A program made the position numbers and the translations under genes. Under the pieces are notes generated by a model, which ran no database searches, was not told where the DNA came from, and was given only the letters and a program-made list of their open reading frames with translations. From positions 5,504,001 through 5,568,000 of the forward strand of contig CP170459.1 of the NCBI GenBank assembly GCA_047947115.1: a DNA stretch of 64,000 bases. The letters are read 5' to 3'. Shown here in pieces: positions 20,391 to 31,200 of the stretch. Source of the DNA: Verrucomicrobiota bacterium. Its GTDB lineage: Bacteria > Verrucomicrobiota > Verrucomicrobiia > Limisphaerales > AAA164-E04. The stretch's first letter is position 1. Every line of letters starts with the position of its first letter.

Positions 20391-21803
20391 TCAGGAAATG
20401 GTCGGAGTTTTGCCGATCATCTTGGACGGAACCACCCATTCATCAAATTCGGCGTCGGTTAGCAATTTCAACTCAATGGCGGCCTGCCGCAACGTCGAGT
20501 TTTCGGCATGGGCTTTCTTGGCGATCTTGGCGGCGTTTTCGTAGCCGATCTTCGGGTTCAGGGCCGTCACCAACATGAGAGAGTTTTCCAGATTGTTCTG
20601 AATTTCCACCTTGTTGGGTTCGAGGCCGATGGCGCAATGATCATTGAAGGATTGGCATGCATCACCCAGATTGCGAGCTGCCATCAGGAAGTTGAAAATC
20701 ATCACGGGCTTGAAAACATTCAACTCGAAATGACCGTTCATTCCCCCGATAGTAATGGCCGCATCATTGCCGATCACCTGAGCACACACCATGGTCAAGG
20801 CTTCGCATTGAGTGGGGTTCACTTTACCGGGCATGATGGACGAACCTGGTTCGTTGTCAGGGATGATCACCTCTCCAATACCGCAACGCGGTCCGGATGC
20901 CAGCATGCGGATGTCATTTCCGATCTTCATCAAGCTCACCGCAAGAGTCTTCAAGGCGCCACTGGCTTCAACGATGGCATCGTGGGCTGCCAATGCTTCG
21001 AATTTATTGTCCGCGGTACGGAAGGGCAGTCCGGTCAGGCCGGCAATTTTCTCGGCGACCTTGACATCGAATTCAGGAGGCGTGTTCAAACCGGTTCCAA
21101 CAGCGGTACCGCCCAGAGCCAACTCCGACAAGTGATCCAAGCTTCGCTCCAGCGACTTTAGCCCATGATCCAACTGGCTGACATAACCCGAAAGTTCCTG
21201 CCCCAATGTCAAAGGCGTGGCATCCATGAAATGGGTGCGCCCAATCTTGACCACATCCATGAAGGCACGGGCTTTCTGAGCGAGGGTTTCCCTCAGCACT
21301 TTCACCTTGGGCAAGGTGGTTTCCACCAGCATGGTGTATGCGGCGATGTGCATGGCGGTGGGAAAAGTATCATTGGAGGACTGGGATTTATTGACGTCAT
21401 CGTTTGGATGCAAGGCTTTGGCCGCATCGGTCAAACCGCCTCCCTGAAGCACATGCGCACGGTTGGCCACGACTTCGTTGACGTTCATGTTGCTCTGGGT
21501 GCCGCTGCCGGTCTGCCAGACCACCAACGGGAACTGATCGTCCAAAGCGCCGTCCAGGATTTCGTCACAAGCCTTTGCGATCAACTCCGCCTTTTCGGCC
21601 GGCAACACACCGCAGTCCTGATTGGTCAATGCGGCCGCCTTTTTAAGATAGGCAAATGCACGAATGATTTCTTGGGGCATTTTCTGCTCCCCGATCTTGA
21701 AGTTTTGCAATGATCGCTGTGTTTGAGCCCCCCAGTAGGCGGCTTCGGGGACCTGAACCTCCCCCATGGTATCCTTTTCGATTCGATAACGCTGTTCTGT
21801 CAT
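20391..21803 (-). CDS. fumC: Class II fumarate hydratase
   Basis: [35 protein letters not shown]. Confidence 0.98.
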   Translation of the reverse strand: MTEQRYRIEKDTMGEVQVPEAAYWGAQTQRSLQNFKIGEQKMPQEIIRAFAYLKKAAALTNQDCGVLPAEKAELIAKACDEILDGALDDQFPLVVWQTGSGTQSNMNVNEVVANRAHVLQGGGLTDAAKALHPNDDVNKSQSSNDTFPTAMHIAAYTMLVETTLPKVKVLRETLAQKARAFMDVVKIGRTHFMDATPLTLGQELSGYVSQLDHGLKSLERSLDHLSELALGGTAVGTGLNTPPEFDVKVAEKIAGLTGLPFRTADNKFEALAAHDAIVEASGALKTLAVSLMKIGNDIRMLASGPRCGIGEVIIPDNEPGSSIMPGKVNPTQCEALTMVCAQVIGNDAAITIGGMNGHFELNVFKPVMIFNFLMAARNLGDACQSFNDHCAIGLEPNKVEIQNNLENSLMLVTALNPKIGYENAAKIAKKAHAENSTLRQAAIELKLLTDAEFDEWVVPSKMIGKTPTIS

Positions 21804-21860
21804 ATATTTAAAAAAATCTTGAAATCAAGCCATTCGCTTATGCCCAGCAGAAGCGGGAAT

Positions 21861-22550
21861 TCAGGGTGCCTCCGTTTCGGATTCCTTTTTCTTCAAGCGT
21901 TTTTTAACTTCCGCCGAAGTGGATACAAGCTCCGGGATATCGGTGGATCGCCATTTGATGAGCCCCAGCAATTGATATTGATTGAATTTGGCCCGACCAT
22001 CTCCTTCCTGAGAGTCCATGAGCTGCAATCCATTGTCCACTTTGTAAACCGCAAGGGCAAAACTCGCGATGGAATCGGCCATCTGAGCTTTGAAGAGAGC
22101 CAGTTCAGGTGATTCCACACGCCCAGCGAGCGGGATGGGAATATCCATGGCGGGAATACCCACGAGAGAAGTTCGGGTATCCAGTCCCAGCCCGCGATTG
22201 CGGGGCTCGACAATATATTGAGCCTTGTCGGCAGATGCCACAAGCACCGCCCCTTCCTCGGCAAGTTTCTCACGAATCGCCCCCATGACATAGGAGGCAT
22301 CAACACTGTCGAAGTAACCGGGATCCACAAAAACCTTTTGCCCCAGCAACAAATCAAACTCCATTTCTTCCAGAGCATGATCGGCTGAATGGCTCAAAAG
22401 CAGCAATTCCGTAGCCGTCCGCTTGGGTTCGGTCAAAGAAGAAGTATGACACCCGGTCGCCAAAAACCCAAACATCCCCAACACCATCCCTTTCACGGCC
22501 CAATCAAACATATCATTTCGTAAAACTCTCATAACTCCAAAAAATTCCAT
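21861..22550 (-). CDS. Conserved hypothetical lipoprotein
   Basis: Lipobox LATG-C, then TEPKRTATELLL. Confidence 0.65.
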   Translation of the reverse strand: MEFFGVMRVLRNDMFDWAVKGMVLGMFGFLATGCHTSSLTEPKRTATELLLLSHSADHALEEMEFDLLLGQKVFVDPGYFDSVDASYVMGAIREKLAEEGAVLVASADKAQYIVEPRNRGLGLDTRTSLVGIPAMDIPIPLAGRVESPELALFKAQMADSIASFALAVYKVDNGLQLMDSQEGDGRAKFNQYQLLGLIKWRSTDIPELVSTSAEVKKRLKKKESETEAP

Positions 22551-22583
22551 TCTTTCACATGGCCACTTTCTTTCGAACGCAGC

Positions 22584-23540
22584 TCAATTGACATCCCCCA
22601 TTTTCTGTTCCAAACTCGCCACTTTTCCGCCACTGACCAGGAAAAGCACCGCCATACGAACAGCCAACCCGTTGGTCACCTGTTCCAGCACCACACTGCG
22701 CTCGCTATCTGCGATTTCACTCTCAATCTCCACGCCACGGTTGATCGGTCCGGGATGCATGATCATGGCATCCGGCTTTAACCAGGCCAAACGTTCCTGA
22801 TTCAACCCGAACAGTTTGGAATACTCGCCAAGGCTGGGAAACATGCTGTGCTGCTGACGTTCGTGCTGGATGCGCAATAAGTTGATAATGTCCGCGTTGG
22901 ACAGGGCCTCTTTGACATCATAAGTCACTTTGCAGCCCATGGATTCCAAAGACTTGGGAACCAGAGTCGGCGGCCCGCACAGAGTCACCCTGGCTCCCAG
23001 CTTCTGCAGTCCCCAGATGTTGCTCCTGGCGACACGACTGAAAAGGATATCTCCCAGAATGGTCACTTCCTTGCCTTGCAAATCCCCCTTCTTCTCACGC
23101 ATGGTGTAAAGATCCAGGAGGGCTTGGGTTGGGTGAGAGTGAGCACCGTCACCGGCATTCACGATGGAAGATTCCACCACACGCGACAGGAAATGGGCCG
23201 CACCGGCGGAACTATGTCGAATGATGACGATATCCGCAGTCAAAGCTTCCAGATTTCGGATGGTGTCCTTGAGTGTTTCCCCTTTTTTGAAAGAAGAGGC
23301 CTCTGCTGTGAAATTGATGATATCCGCGTTCAAACGCTGAGCGGCCAGCTCAAAACTCACTCGTGTGCGCGTGGATGGCTCCACAAACAGATTGACGACC
23401 GTTTTGCCTCGAAGCGCGGGGACTTTCTTGATGGAGCGACGTCCAACCTGCTTGAATCCCTTGGCCGTGTCCAGCACGGTGAGGATTTCTTCTTTCGAAA
23501 GGCTATAGATATCAAGAAGATGCTTCCGGTTCCAACTCAT
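22584..23540 (-). CDS. pyrB: Aspartate carbamoyltransferase catalytic subunit
   Basis: FVEPSTRTRVSF, HPTQALLD, MHPGPINRG. Confidence 0.97.
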   Translation of the reverse strand: MSWNRKHLLDIYSLSKEEILTVLDTAKGFKQVGRRSIKKVPALRGKTVVNLFVEPSTRTRVSFELAAQRLNADIINFTAEASSFKKGETLKDTIRNLEALTADIVIIRHSSAGAAHFLSRVVESSIVNAGDGAHSHPTQALLDLYTMREKKGDLQGKEVTILGDILFSRVARSNIWGLQKLGARVTLCGPPTLVPKSLESMGCKVTYDVKEALSNADIINLLRIQHERQQHSMFPSLGEYSKLFGLNQERLAWLKPDAMIMHPGPINRGVEIESEIADSERSVVLEQVTNGLAVRMAVLFLVSGGKVASLEQKMGDVN

Positions 23541-24088
23541 TTGAGGGTCAAATATACCTGAAGCCCTCCATCCTCTTCCAGAGATTTCACAACAATTAAT
23601 TGATCATCCTCAATATCCAGCTTGCGACCGACATAATCCGGCTGGATAGGCAGTCGACGCTGACCACGATCAAATAAGACGGCCAGCTGTATGGATCGAG
23701 GACGACCAAAATCCCTCAAAGCATCCAATGCCGCCCGAGTAGTACGGCCACTTTGCAAGACGTCATCCACCAGAATGACATCCATGTCGTCCAAATGATC
23801 CGGAATACTTGTTGGCTGGATGTGCGGCACAGGGTTGGCTCCCAGATCATCGCGAAACATCCCGATATCCAGTTCACCGGTTGAAATGTCTTTGGAAGAC
23901 CATGACTGCTTGAGCAATCGAAATATGGCGTCCTTCACGAGAACCCCTTTTTGTTGAATACCAATGATCACCAACGAATCAGGAGTCACATGACAAGCCC
24001 GGATGGCATCCGACATGGAAACCAGCATGGACTGCACCTCGTCGGCATCAAACATCAATCTATCAATGGCAATCTGTTCCGTGTTCAT
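23537..24088 (-). CDS. pyrR: Pyrimidine regulatory protein/UPRTase PyrR (likely start 24088)
   Basis: LDIGMFRDD, LVDDVLQSGRTTRAALD, RRLPIQPDYVG; overlaps pyrB. Confidence 0.93.
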   Translation of the reverse strand: MNTEQIAIDRLMFDADEVQSMLVSMSDAIRACHVTPDSLVIIGIQQKGVLVKDAIFRLLKQSWSSKDISTGELDIGMFRDDLGANPVPHIQPTSIPDHLDDMDVILVDDVLQSGRTTRAALDALRDFGRPRSIQLAVLFDRGQRRLPIQPDYVGRKLDIEDDQLIVVKSLEEDGGLQVYLTLK

Positions 24089-24184
24089 AGAAATAAGAAA
24101 AGCAAATCTTGTTCCGACAATTACATTGTCATCAAAAACCAACCTGAAATGCGGGATGTTGGAAAAATCAGGAAGCAAGGAAGA

Positions 24185-24400
24185 TTAATCGACGATCTGA
24201 CGAGATTTCCTCCAGGAGGGGCGGTAATTCACAATCCAATCCACCAGTGCCTGGTCAAAACCAATATCACGACCGAGTTTCTCTGATTCGATCCACTTGT
24301 GTTTGAGGACTTCTTCGCGCTCGGCCTGAAACTCCTTGTAAAGGGAAAGATTCCTGACCAGCTCGATTTTTCTCGAATCATGCTGAGTTATTTGAGCCAT
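24185..24400 (-). CDS. Small conserved protein (DUF4032-like)
   Basis: EREEVLKHKWIESEKLGRDIGFDQALVDW. Confidence 0.7.
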   Translation of the reverse strand: MAQITQHDSRKIELVRNLSLYKEFQAEREEVLKHKWIESEKLGRDIGFDQALVDWIVNYRPSWRKSRQIVD

Positions 24401-24645
24401 GGCAAACGGGTGATTGAATTGAGGGATAGATCGTATCACCGCGATAAAGGGGATTCAACCAGAATTCTGAAAAAAACATGGGCCCAAGCCTGCAGAAGGA
24501 ATATGTTCGTAATGCTCATGGACATCGAGAAAACCGGCCGCATATGGAGCGTATGGAAATCGACAGGTCTTCCACGCTTATTCTGGTTAAGAAACATCCT
24601 CCCTGAAAGCACGGATTTGGGCATTTCCAACATCGATTGCCATCC

Positions 24646-24673
24646 TTGACATCCTAAGGGCACTTGCTATGCT
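24646..24673 (+). promoter_or_regulatory. Putative sigma70 promoter of the rpmH operon
   Basis: TTGACA-N16-TATGCT with an extended -10 TG. Confidence 0.6.
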
Positions 24674-24767
24674 TCCGCGCTCGATTTTTGGCGAGATGAG
24701 CCATTTTTCGATTGAAACCGAATGAGTTACATTCGGAACGGATCACTTTGACACAAGAAAACTTAGT

Positions 24768-24905
24768 ATGAAAAGAACGTATCAGCCATCCAAAATTCGT
24801 AGAAAACGTCAGCACGGCTTCCTGAGCCGCATGCGCACCAATAGTGGTCGCGGCATTCTGAATGCTCGCCGCCGATCAGGTCGCAAACGCCTGACACCGG
24901 CATAA
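24768..24905 (+). CDS. rpmH: 50S ribosomal protein L34 (too short for the ORF track)
   Basis: Translates [45 protein letters not shown]. Confidence 0.97.
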   Translation: MKRTYQPSKIRRKRQHGFLSRMRTNSGRGILNARRRSGRKRLTPA

Positions 24906-24913
24906 GGATATGC

Positions 24914-25303
24914 ATGAATGGCACTGGGCCAGGCGTTCCAAATCCCGCTGAGAAAAAACGATTTAGGAAGCACCAGCGAATCCGGTACAGCTCCGAATTC
25001 CAGCGTGCCAGGGACAAAGGACGCAGGTGGGTGCATGGTTGCTTGATTGCGAATTGGCAAAGCACGCAGGATAGGACCTTTTCCCGACTGGGAGTCATTA
25101 CCAGTAAAAAAATCGGAAAAGCGCACGTCCGGAATCGGGCCAGGCGTTTGATGCGGGAATCCTATCGGCAAATGCAACACCAGCTCAAAGCCCCCATCGA
25201 CCTGATCCTTGTCGCCCGAAAGTCGATTGCAACCATGAAGCAACAACAGGTGGAAAAGGATCTTCGCAATATTCTGAAGCGTCACCACTTGGTGGAGGAT
25301 TGA
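24914..25303 (+). CDS. rnpA: Ribonuclease P protein component
   Basis: RLGVITSKKIGKAHVRNRARRLMRE; synteny. Confidence 0.95.
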   Translation: MNGTGPGVPNPAEKKRFRKHQRIRYSSEFQRARDKGRRWVHGCLIANWQSTQDRTFSRLGVITSKKIGKAHVRNRARRLMRESYRQMQHQLKAPIDLILVARKSIATMKQQQVEKDLRNILKRHHLVED

Positions 25304-25306
25304 TTG

Positions 25307-25654
25307 ATGAAGTGGCTGCGATCCATTGCCTGCTTACCCATCCGTATCTATCAGTGGACCCTTTCACCCTTGAAACAAGCCCTGCTCGGCCCCGGATCCG
25401 GGTGCCGATACCGGCCGACTTGTTCCAACTATGCGATTGAGGCCATCAAGCGCCATGGGATCTTGAAAGGTGCCTGGCTGGGATCCAAACGCATTCTGCG
25501 GTGCCACCCTTGGGGCGGGCACGGCTTGGACCCTGTACCACCTTGCAACGACCACGAGCACCAAGGCCCCGATCATCAAACAGACATGGATCTTTCATCC
25601 AAAAGGAACAACGACCACCTATCCAACCGTGGATGGGGTCACGTTGTGAACTGA
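25307..25654 (+). CDS. yidD: Membrane protein insertion efficiency factor
   Basis: [28 protein letters not shown]. Confidence 0.93.
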   Translation: MKWLRSIACLPIRIYQWTLSPLKQALLGPGSGCRYRPTCSNYAIEAIKRHGILKGAWLGSKRILRCHPWGGHGLDPVPPCNDHEHQGPDHQTDMDLSSKRNNDHLSNRGWGHVVN

Positions 25655-25713
25655 TCATTGGACGATCCCGGCTAGAACATTCACTCCACATTTGACCGAA
25701 TCGAAATTATCTC

Positions 25714-27603
25714 ATGGATCGTAAATCCATCTTCATACTCGTCTTATCCATTGCCGGACTCCTTCTCTGGTTCCCACTGGTAAACAAACTATATCCACCA
25801 CAGGAACCCTCGCCGGAACAGTCAGTTGACAGTTCCGGACAAACCGGGACCGAGAACGGAACAGCGGGGGCTTTAGCCAACCTGTCCGAAGCGGCCGCGC
25901 TGGATCAAGAAAACGCCACAGCACCGGCAATCTCAGCTCCCAACCCCGGCTCGCAGGCAACCACCCTCACCCCGACAACGGCGGAAACCGAATTGACGTG
26001 GGCGAATGAAGACATCGAATACCTTTTCACTTCGCAAGGCGGCGGCATCAAAACGGTTACTCTGAAGCAGTTTGATGAGACCACCACATGTGACGACGAG
26101 GAAGCAGGCACTGAAACCGAGAAAGTAAAGTTAAACGCAGGTGTCCTGACTCCGGCGCTCAACATCTACTTCGATCGCCTCGATAATGGTTTTCTGCCTT
26201 TTGTTCTGAGTGAAACCGAAAACAGCGTCGCTGCGGAATATGTGGGCTCCGATGGCATACGCATTCAAAAAACCTTTGAGCCGGGAACAAATTACGTCAT
26301 TCAAGCGACGATTCGCATTGAAAACACCAGCGCAGAACCCCGCAACCTCCCCGAGCGATTTTTGGTCACAGGCACGGCGACCCCCGCCTCCGTGGAAGAT
26401 ACCGGCATGCATATGGGATTGCGATACTACAATGGGGACGATGCAGAAGAGGTCAAGGAAAGTTGGTTTGCCAACCGCACGCTCGGCTGCTTCCCAGGAA
26501 CCCCCCGCACCCTCTACCCGTCCGAACCCGGCGCCGTTCACTGGGCCTCGGTGGAAAATCAATTCTTCGCGATGATCGCGATCCCTGATGAACCCGCCCC
26601 CGGATTGGTGACCGAACAGCTTTTGCTCCCGGTGCCCGGACCCGATGTCATAGCCGAGCACCCCAAGGCCAACAAGGCTCCAAAAGCTTACCAAAATGCC
26701 CTCACCTACCCGGCGCAGACTCTACAGCCCGGCGAGTTCATTGAACAAACTTTCCAACTGTTCACCGGCCCCAAGGAATACAACACCCTGGCAAAATTCA
26801 GCAAGCAAACGGGACATGAAATCGATTCGGTCATGGGGTTTGATGGATTCTTTGGTTTCTTCGCCAAGATCCTGCTGCTGTCCATGAACGGATTGAATGG
26901 CTTTGGTCTGAGCTATGGATTTGCCATTGTCGTCATTACCGTGATCGTCAAACTCCTGTTCTGGCCATTGACCCAGGCCAGCACGCGGTCCATGAAACGG
27001 ATGTCCGCCCTTCAACCGCAAATGAAGGCGCTCCAGGACAAATACAAGGATGATCCCCAGAAAATGAACCGCAAACTCATGGAGTTCATGCGGGAAAACA
27101 AAGTCAGCCCCCTGGGTGGATGCCTGCCGATCCTTCTCCAATTGCCTGTCTTCTTTGGATTCTACGCCATGCTGCAAAGCGCCATCGAACTGCGCGGAGC
27201 CAGCTTTCTATGGACGTGTGATCTTTCCAAGCCGGACACCTTGTTCATCATCCCGGCACTGGGGATACCTTTTAATTTGTGGCCCATTCTGATGGGTGCC
27301 GCCCAGTTGTGGCAAACCAGCATGACCCCTCCCTCACCGGGAATGGACCCGGCACAACAGAAGATCATGAGATACATGCCTCTCATGTTTGTCTTCATCC
27401 TCTATAACTTTTCAGCAGGTCTTGCACTTTATTGGACAGTCCAGAACCTGTTATCCATCATCCAAATGAAACTGATTAAAAATGAACCGACCGGACCAAA
27501 ACCCGGGCCGGGAGCAAAACCGACTCCCCCAGCCCCACGGTCGGGATCAGGTCCGGACTGGAGCCAGTCCTACCGAAAAACCAAGAAGAAAAAACAACCA
27601 TAA
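25714..27603 (+). CDS. yidC: Membrane protein insertase YidC
   Basis: SMKRMSALQPQM, GGCLPILLQLPVF, AGLALYW. Confidence 0.96.
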   Translation: MDRKSIFILVLSIAGLLLWFPLVNKLYPPQEPSPEQSVDSSGQTGTENGTAGALANLSEAAALDQENATAPAISAPNPGSQATTLTPTTAETELTWANEDIEYLFTSQGGGIKTVTLKQFDETTTCDDEEAGTETEKVKLNAGVLTPALNIYFDRLDNGFLPFVLSETENSVAAEYVGSDGIRIQKTFEPGTNYVIQATIRIENTSAEPRNLPERFLVTGTATPASVEDTGMHMGLRYYNGDDAEEVKESWFANRTLGCFPGTPRTLYPSEPGAVHWASVENQFFAMIAIPDEPAPGLVTEQLLLPVPGPDVIAEHPKANKAPKAYQNALTYPAQTLQPGEFIEQTFQLFTGPKEYNTLAKFSKQTGHEIDSVMGFDGFFGFFAKILLLSMNGLNGFGLSYGFAIVVITVIVKLLFWPLTQASTRSMKRMSALQPQMKALQDKYKDDPQKMNRKLMEFMRENKVSPLGGCLPILLQLPVFFGFYAMLQSAIELRGASFLWTCDLSKPDTLFIIPALGIPFNLWPILMGAAQLWQTSMTPPSPGMDPAQQKIMRYMPLMFVFILYNFSAGLALYWTVQNLLSIIQMKLIKNEPTGPKPGPGAKPTPPAPRSGSGPDWSQSYRKTKKKKQP

Positions 27604-27630
27604 ACCGTTCTTTAAACATTCCGAAATAAC

Positions 27631-28080
27631 ATGAACGCCAAACCCAAAGAAACACTGGAAGGCTTGCTGGATTCCCTGGGATTCCCATCCACCGTCGTCG
27701 AAACCCATATGGATGACGCCATCTTCCTGGAAATACAAACCGAGGATTCCGGCCGCCTGATCGGACGCCAAGGCCAAACCCTTAGCCAGTTGCAATACGT
27801 CGTCAACCGTCTCCTATTCAAACAGGACCGCAACGTGCCCAAGGTGACACTCGACGTTGGAAACTATCGTTTGAAATCACGCGACTCTCTGGTTGAAAAA
27901 ACCAAAGCCGCCGCCGATAAGGTGCGTCGCTGGGGAGACGTGGTCGAACTGGAACCCATGAACGCCTACGAACGCCGCATCGTCCATCACACACTCAAAG
28001 ACGATCCATCCATCGAAACCCACAGTGTCGAAGTCGAAGGAACGCGCAAGAAAGCCATTCTCCTGAGACCCAAACACTGA
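27631..28080 (+). CDS. jag: Jag/KhpB-like KH-R3H RNA-binding protein (short form)
   Basis: LIGRQGQTL KH motif; ERRIVH R3H motif; synteny. Confidence 0.85.
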   Translation: MNAKPKETLEGLLDSLGFPSTVVETHMDDAIFLEIQTEDSGRLIGRQGQTLSQLQYVVNRLLFKQDRNVPKVTLDVGNYRLKSRDSLVEKTKAAADKVRRWGDVVELEPMNAYERRIVHHTLKDDPSIETHSVEVEGTRKKAILLRPKH

Positions 28081-28102
28081 TCAACCAATGACTGATTTCA
28101 AC

Positions 28103-28138
28103 AAAAGCCCGTTCTGAACAGAACGGGCTTTTTGTTTT
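28103..28138. terminator. Rho-independent terminator (probably bidirectional)
   Basis: AAAAGCCCGTTCTG-AA-CAGAACGGGCTTTT between convergent genes. Confidence 0.85.
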
Positions 28139-28224
28139 GCAGGATTGAATGAATCCAACATGCGAGACGGAATCCAACGCATGCCAGCCAGTCTTCATGC
28201 TCTTACCCCACCCCATTGATCACC

Positions 28225-31200
28225 TCAAGGTTGCGTATCCTCCGGGAAGTTGATTTTCAATGTAAAGAATCCTGTTTTGGCACCGATCCGAGCTTCTACC
28301 TGAATCCAGGCCTGATTTCCCTCCTGCACACGGACCGAAGGCCATACCTGCCAATCCGTCCCCAACAAGTCGGTCGCATATTCAATGGTCCAAGAACGTG
28401 CGTCCAAATTGGGAGACACAGGAAACCGTAATAAAATAGTTTGTTGAGTCACTCGAATAATCGGCGCCGGGGCTTCATCCGATACCCAGGGGTTGGTCTG
28501 TTGGGCGAATTCTTCAAAATGATTACGCCCGTCCTGATCCGGATCCAGGGAGTATACTGAAGCATCCAGTGGCACCTCCCACTGCTCACTCCATTGCTCA
28601 AACGCGCTCAACACACCTTCAAAATCCTGAATGGAGACGCCCGGATTCGGCCTGGCGGCGAACCATTCGGAAGCGTCGTTTCCATAGGAGTAAATATTCC
28701 GTTTGTGCAGCGAGAACCCACCACCATCTGCGCTGTCAGGCCACAATCCACCATCTCCATAAACGACACGATCGATTCGTATGTATTGGCGCTCGCCTTG
28801 AGCATCCACATCTCCAGGCCGGGACAGTTCCAATTTCTCCCCGCCATTGCTCAGGGCTCCGGCACTCCATGGCAACACACGAGTTCCATCCGGCACTTGA
28901 TAAACAGCGGCGAAAACGTCGGGGTCGAGCGCCAGTATGATGCGTTCGCCGGGACTCATTGTGAGGGGGGCCTCGATCGAAAAGATCATGTCAATCCCAT
29001 CCGTAAACCGCCAAGGCTCGCCAGCATCCTCCTCCCAAAATGTCACGGGCTCGGGCGAAATGTTTGTGAGTTCCAAATATTCCGCTTTAGCATTGCTTTC
29101 AGGATGATACATGATCTCCGAGATCACAATCGGCCCAACGAGAGGGGGACTGTTGATCTTTCCGGGAGTCGGAATGGTCATGGGAACAAAATTAACCAAT
29201 CCGCTGCCGTTTTTTTCATACCTTCCTCTGGAAACACCTGACGCCGAGGGGCCAAAGATTTCCTTTTCCAGATAATCCAGATAAAGTCCATCACCTGGAG
29301 CGAACAATGAAACCGTCTCCCCATTTTCACTCAACGCAAAAGCTATCCTCTTCCCCGGGTGAGATGCGGATACTCCAAAGTGCACATCCTCGTAAAACAC
29401 GGCGAAAGCACCTCCTTCAAGGATCGTTCCGTCGGGAATCTGAAACTTGCGAGGCTGTTCCTCATCGTCACTAAGATACCAACCGCCGATATCCACCGGC
29501 TGTGTTCCCTGATTCAACAGCTCGATCCAGTCGGGTTCTTCGCCATGAGAGTGAGCCATGATTTCGTTGATGACAATCTGGTGAGGTGGGATATAGGGAT
29601 AATCACTTTCCTGAAACTGATAATGCGCGCCAACGTCCGGAAGGGTTCCGTCAAGGTCCCTCCCCAACAGGGGATTGCCCCGATCCAGTGCCAACGAGCC
29701 GGATTTCAACTGAAAATTGTAAGAAGCAGGATCGACGAACCCGGGATCAGCAATGAAGTTTCCTATGCCTTCAAACATCACCGGATCAAACAAGGTATAG
29801 ACCGTATCCGCTGTGGATAAGGAATCCACCGTCACCGGCCTGGTCCCTGATCCGACAATGATGCAACTATCCACCCAAACGCTCCCTCCACCATGCAGAA
29901 GATTCTTTTCGTAAACCGCCACGGCTGTCTCATTGTCAACAAATGTGTTGTGAATCAAATGTGCTTCGGAACCTGTATCTTTGATCCCAACACCCAAAAC
30001 GCATCCGACGATCAGATTCTCCCTGATGTTCACCAGCGAACCTTGCCCGACGGAAATGCCTTTGTCGGAGTTGTTGTAGATCAGGTTCCCTTCAACCAAC
30101 AAATCCACACATTGTTCCCCCACATCGATACCGTCACTATTCGGTCCCCTAAAAGCATAGATGCGATTGCCCCGTATCACACCTCCCACGACGCCATCAA
30201 AATCGATGGCATCCGTATCCGCAGAAGTGTTGCCCAAAAACACACAAACTTCCACGTTACCCCATCCCCGTTTGACATTGATCCCATCACCCGTATGAGG
30301 CGAATGGATGCGGCTATCCATTAAGGTGGTGCGCCCTCCCAAAGCGAAAATGGTGGTTGAAGATTCCAAGTCCAGATGATCAATAACCAACTCGGAATCC
30401 ATATTCGAAATCGCACCTCGATGTCGAACCGGATCCGGTCCCAATCCACCATTGCGCAAGATCAGATGGGAAACATGCTGCACACCCTCGGCCTGCTCAA
30501 ATACTATGCTCCCCCATTGGGTGATGCCATTGCGGGCATGAATCAGGACAGGACGCTCAGCCTCGCCCCGAATATCCAGCTGCCCCCTCACCATCAGATC
30601 CGCCTGCGGTGCCATCCTTATTTCCACACCAGCCTCAACAATCAATTGCCCCCCCCGCTCCACCGCCAAAGATCGTGGTACGATGTAAGGAGAATGCGCG
30701 GCATCCAGAACCAGCAATTCATCCAGCCGCTCGGGCAGCATGGTCTCATCGGATCGTTCAAACAGAGCGGTCCAGTTACGCGCAACGTCCACAACAAATG
30801 ACTGTTCCGCCTCGGAGGACCCGGTTTCTTCCCAGCCTACAAACCGGTAACCTGCCGCACTTTGCGCTTCGAGCTCAGCCGGCACATTTCGAAATAGCTC
30901 GAACGCCATATTGTAATCAGGCAAAGCAGGCACACCGCAGACGGTCACCCTTCCCGCCTCGGGGGGAACGACTTTTATTTGAATGATCGCGGTGTCCCCC
31001 ATCCCCAAATGGTCGCTCATACCACGTCGAGCATGAGGAGCACGATTGCGGGAAAATTCAAGGATTTCATCCAGTTCTGAAGAACGTGTCTCAAGGGATT
31101 GAATCCCCCCATCTTTACGCCACCGGGCAATGTGCTGTTCAATATCGCCTGCAAGTGGAACGTCCAGTTGATGGAGAATATCACGGATCCGGTCCGGATG

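Noticed and set aside
24440..24767. oriC/dnaA beside rpmH
   Set aside because: No dnaA gene, and I saw no cluster of DnaA boxes.
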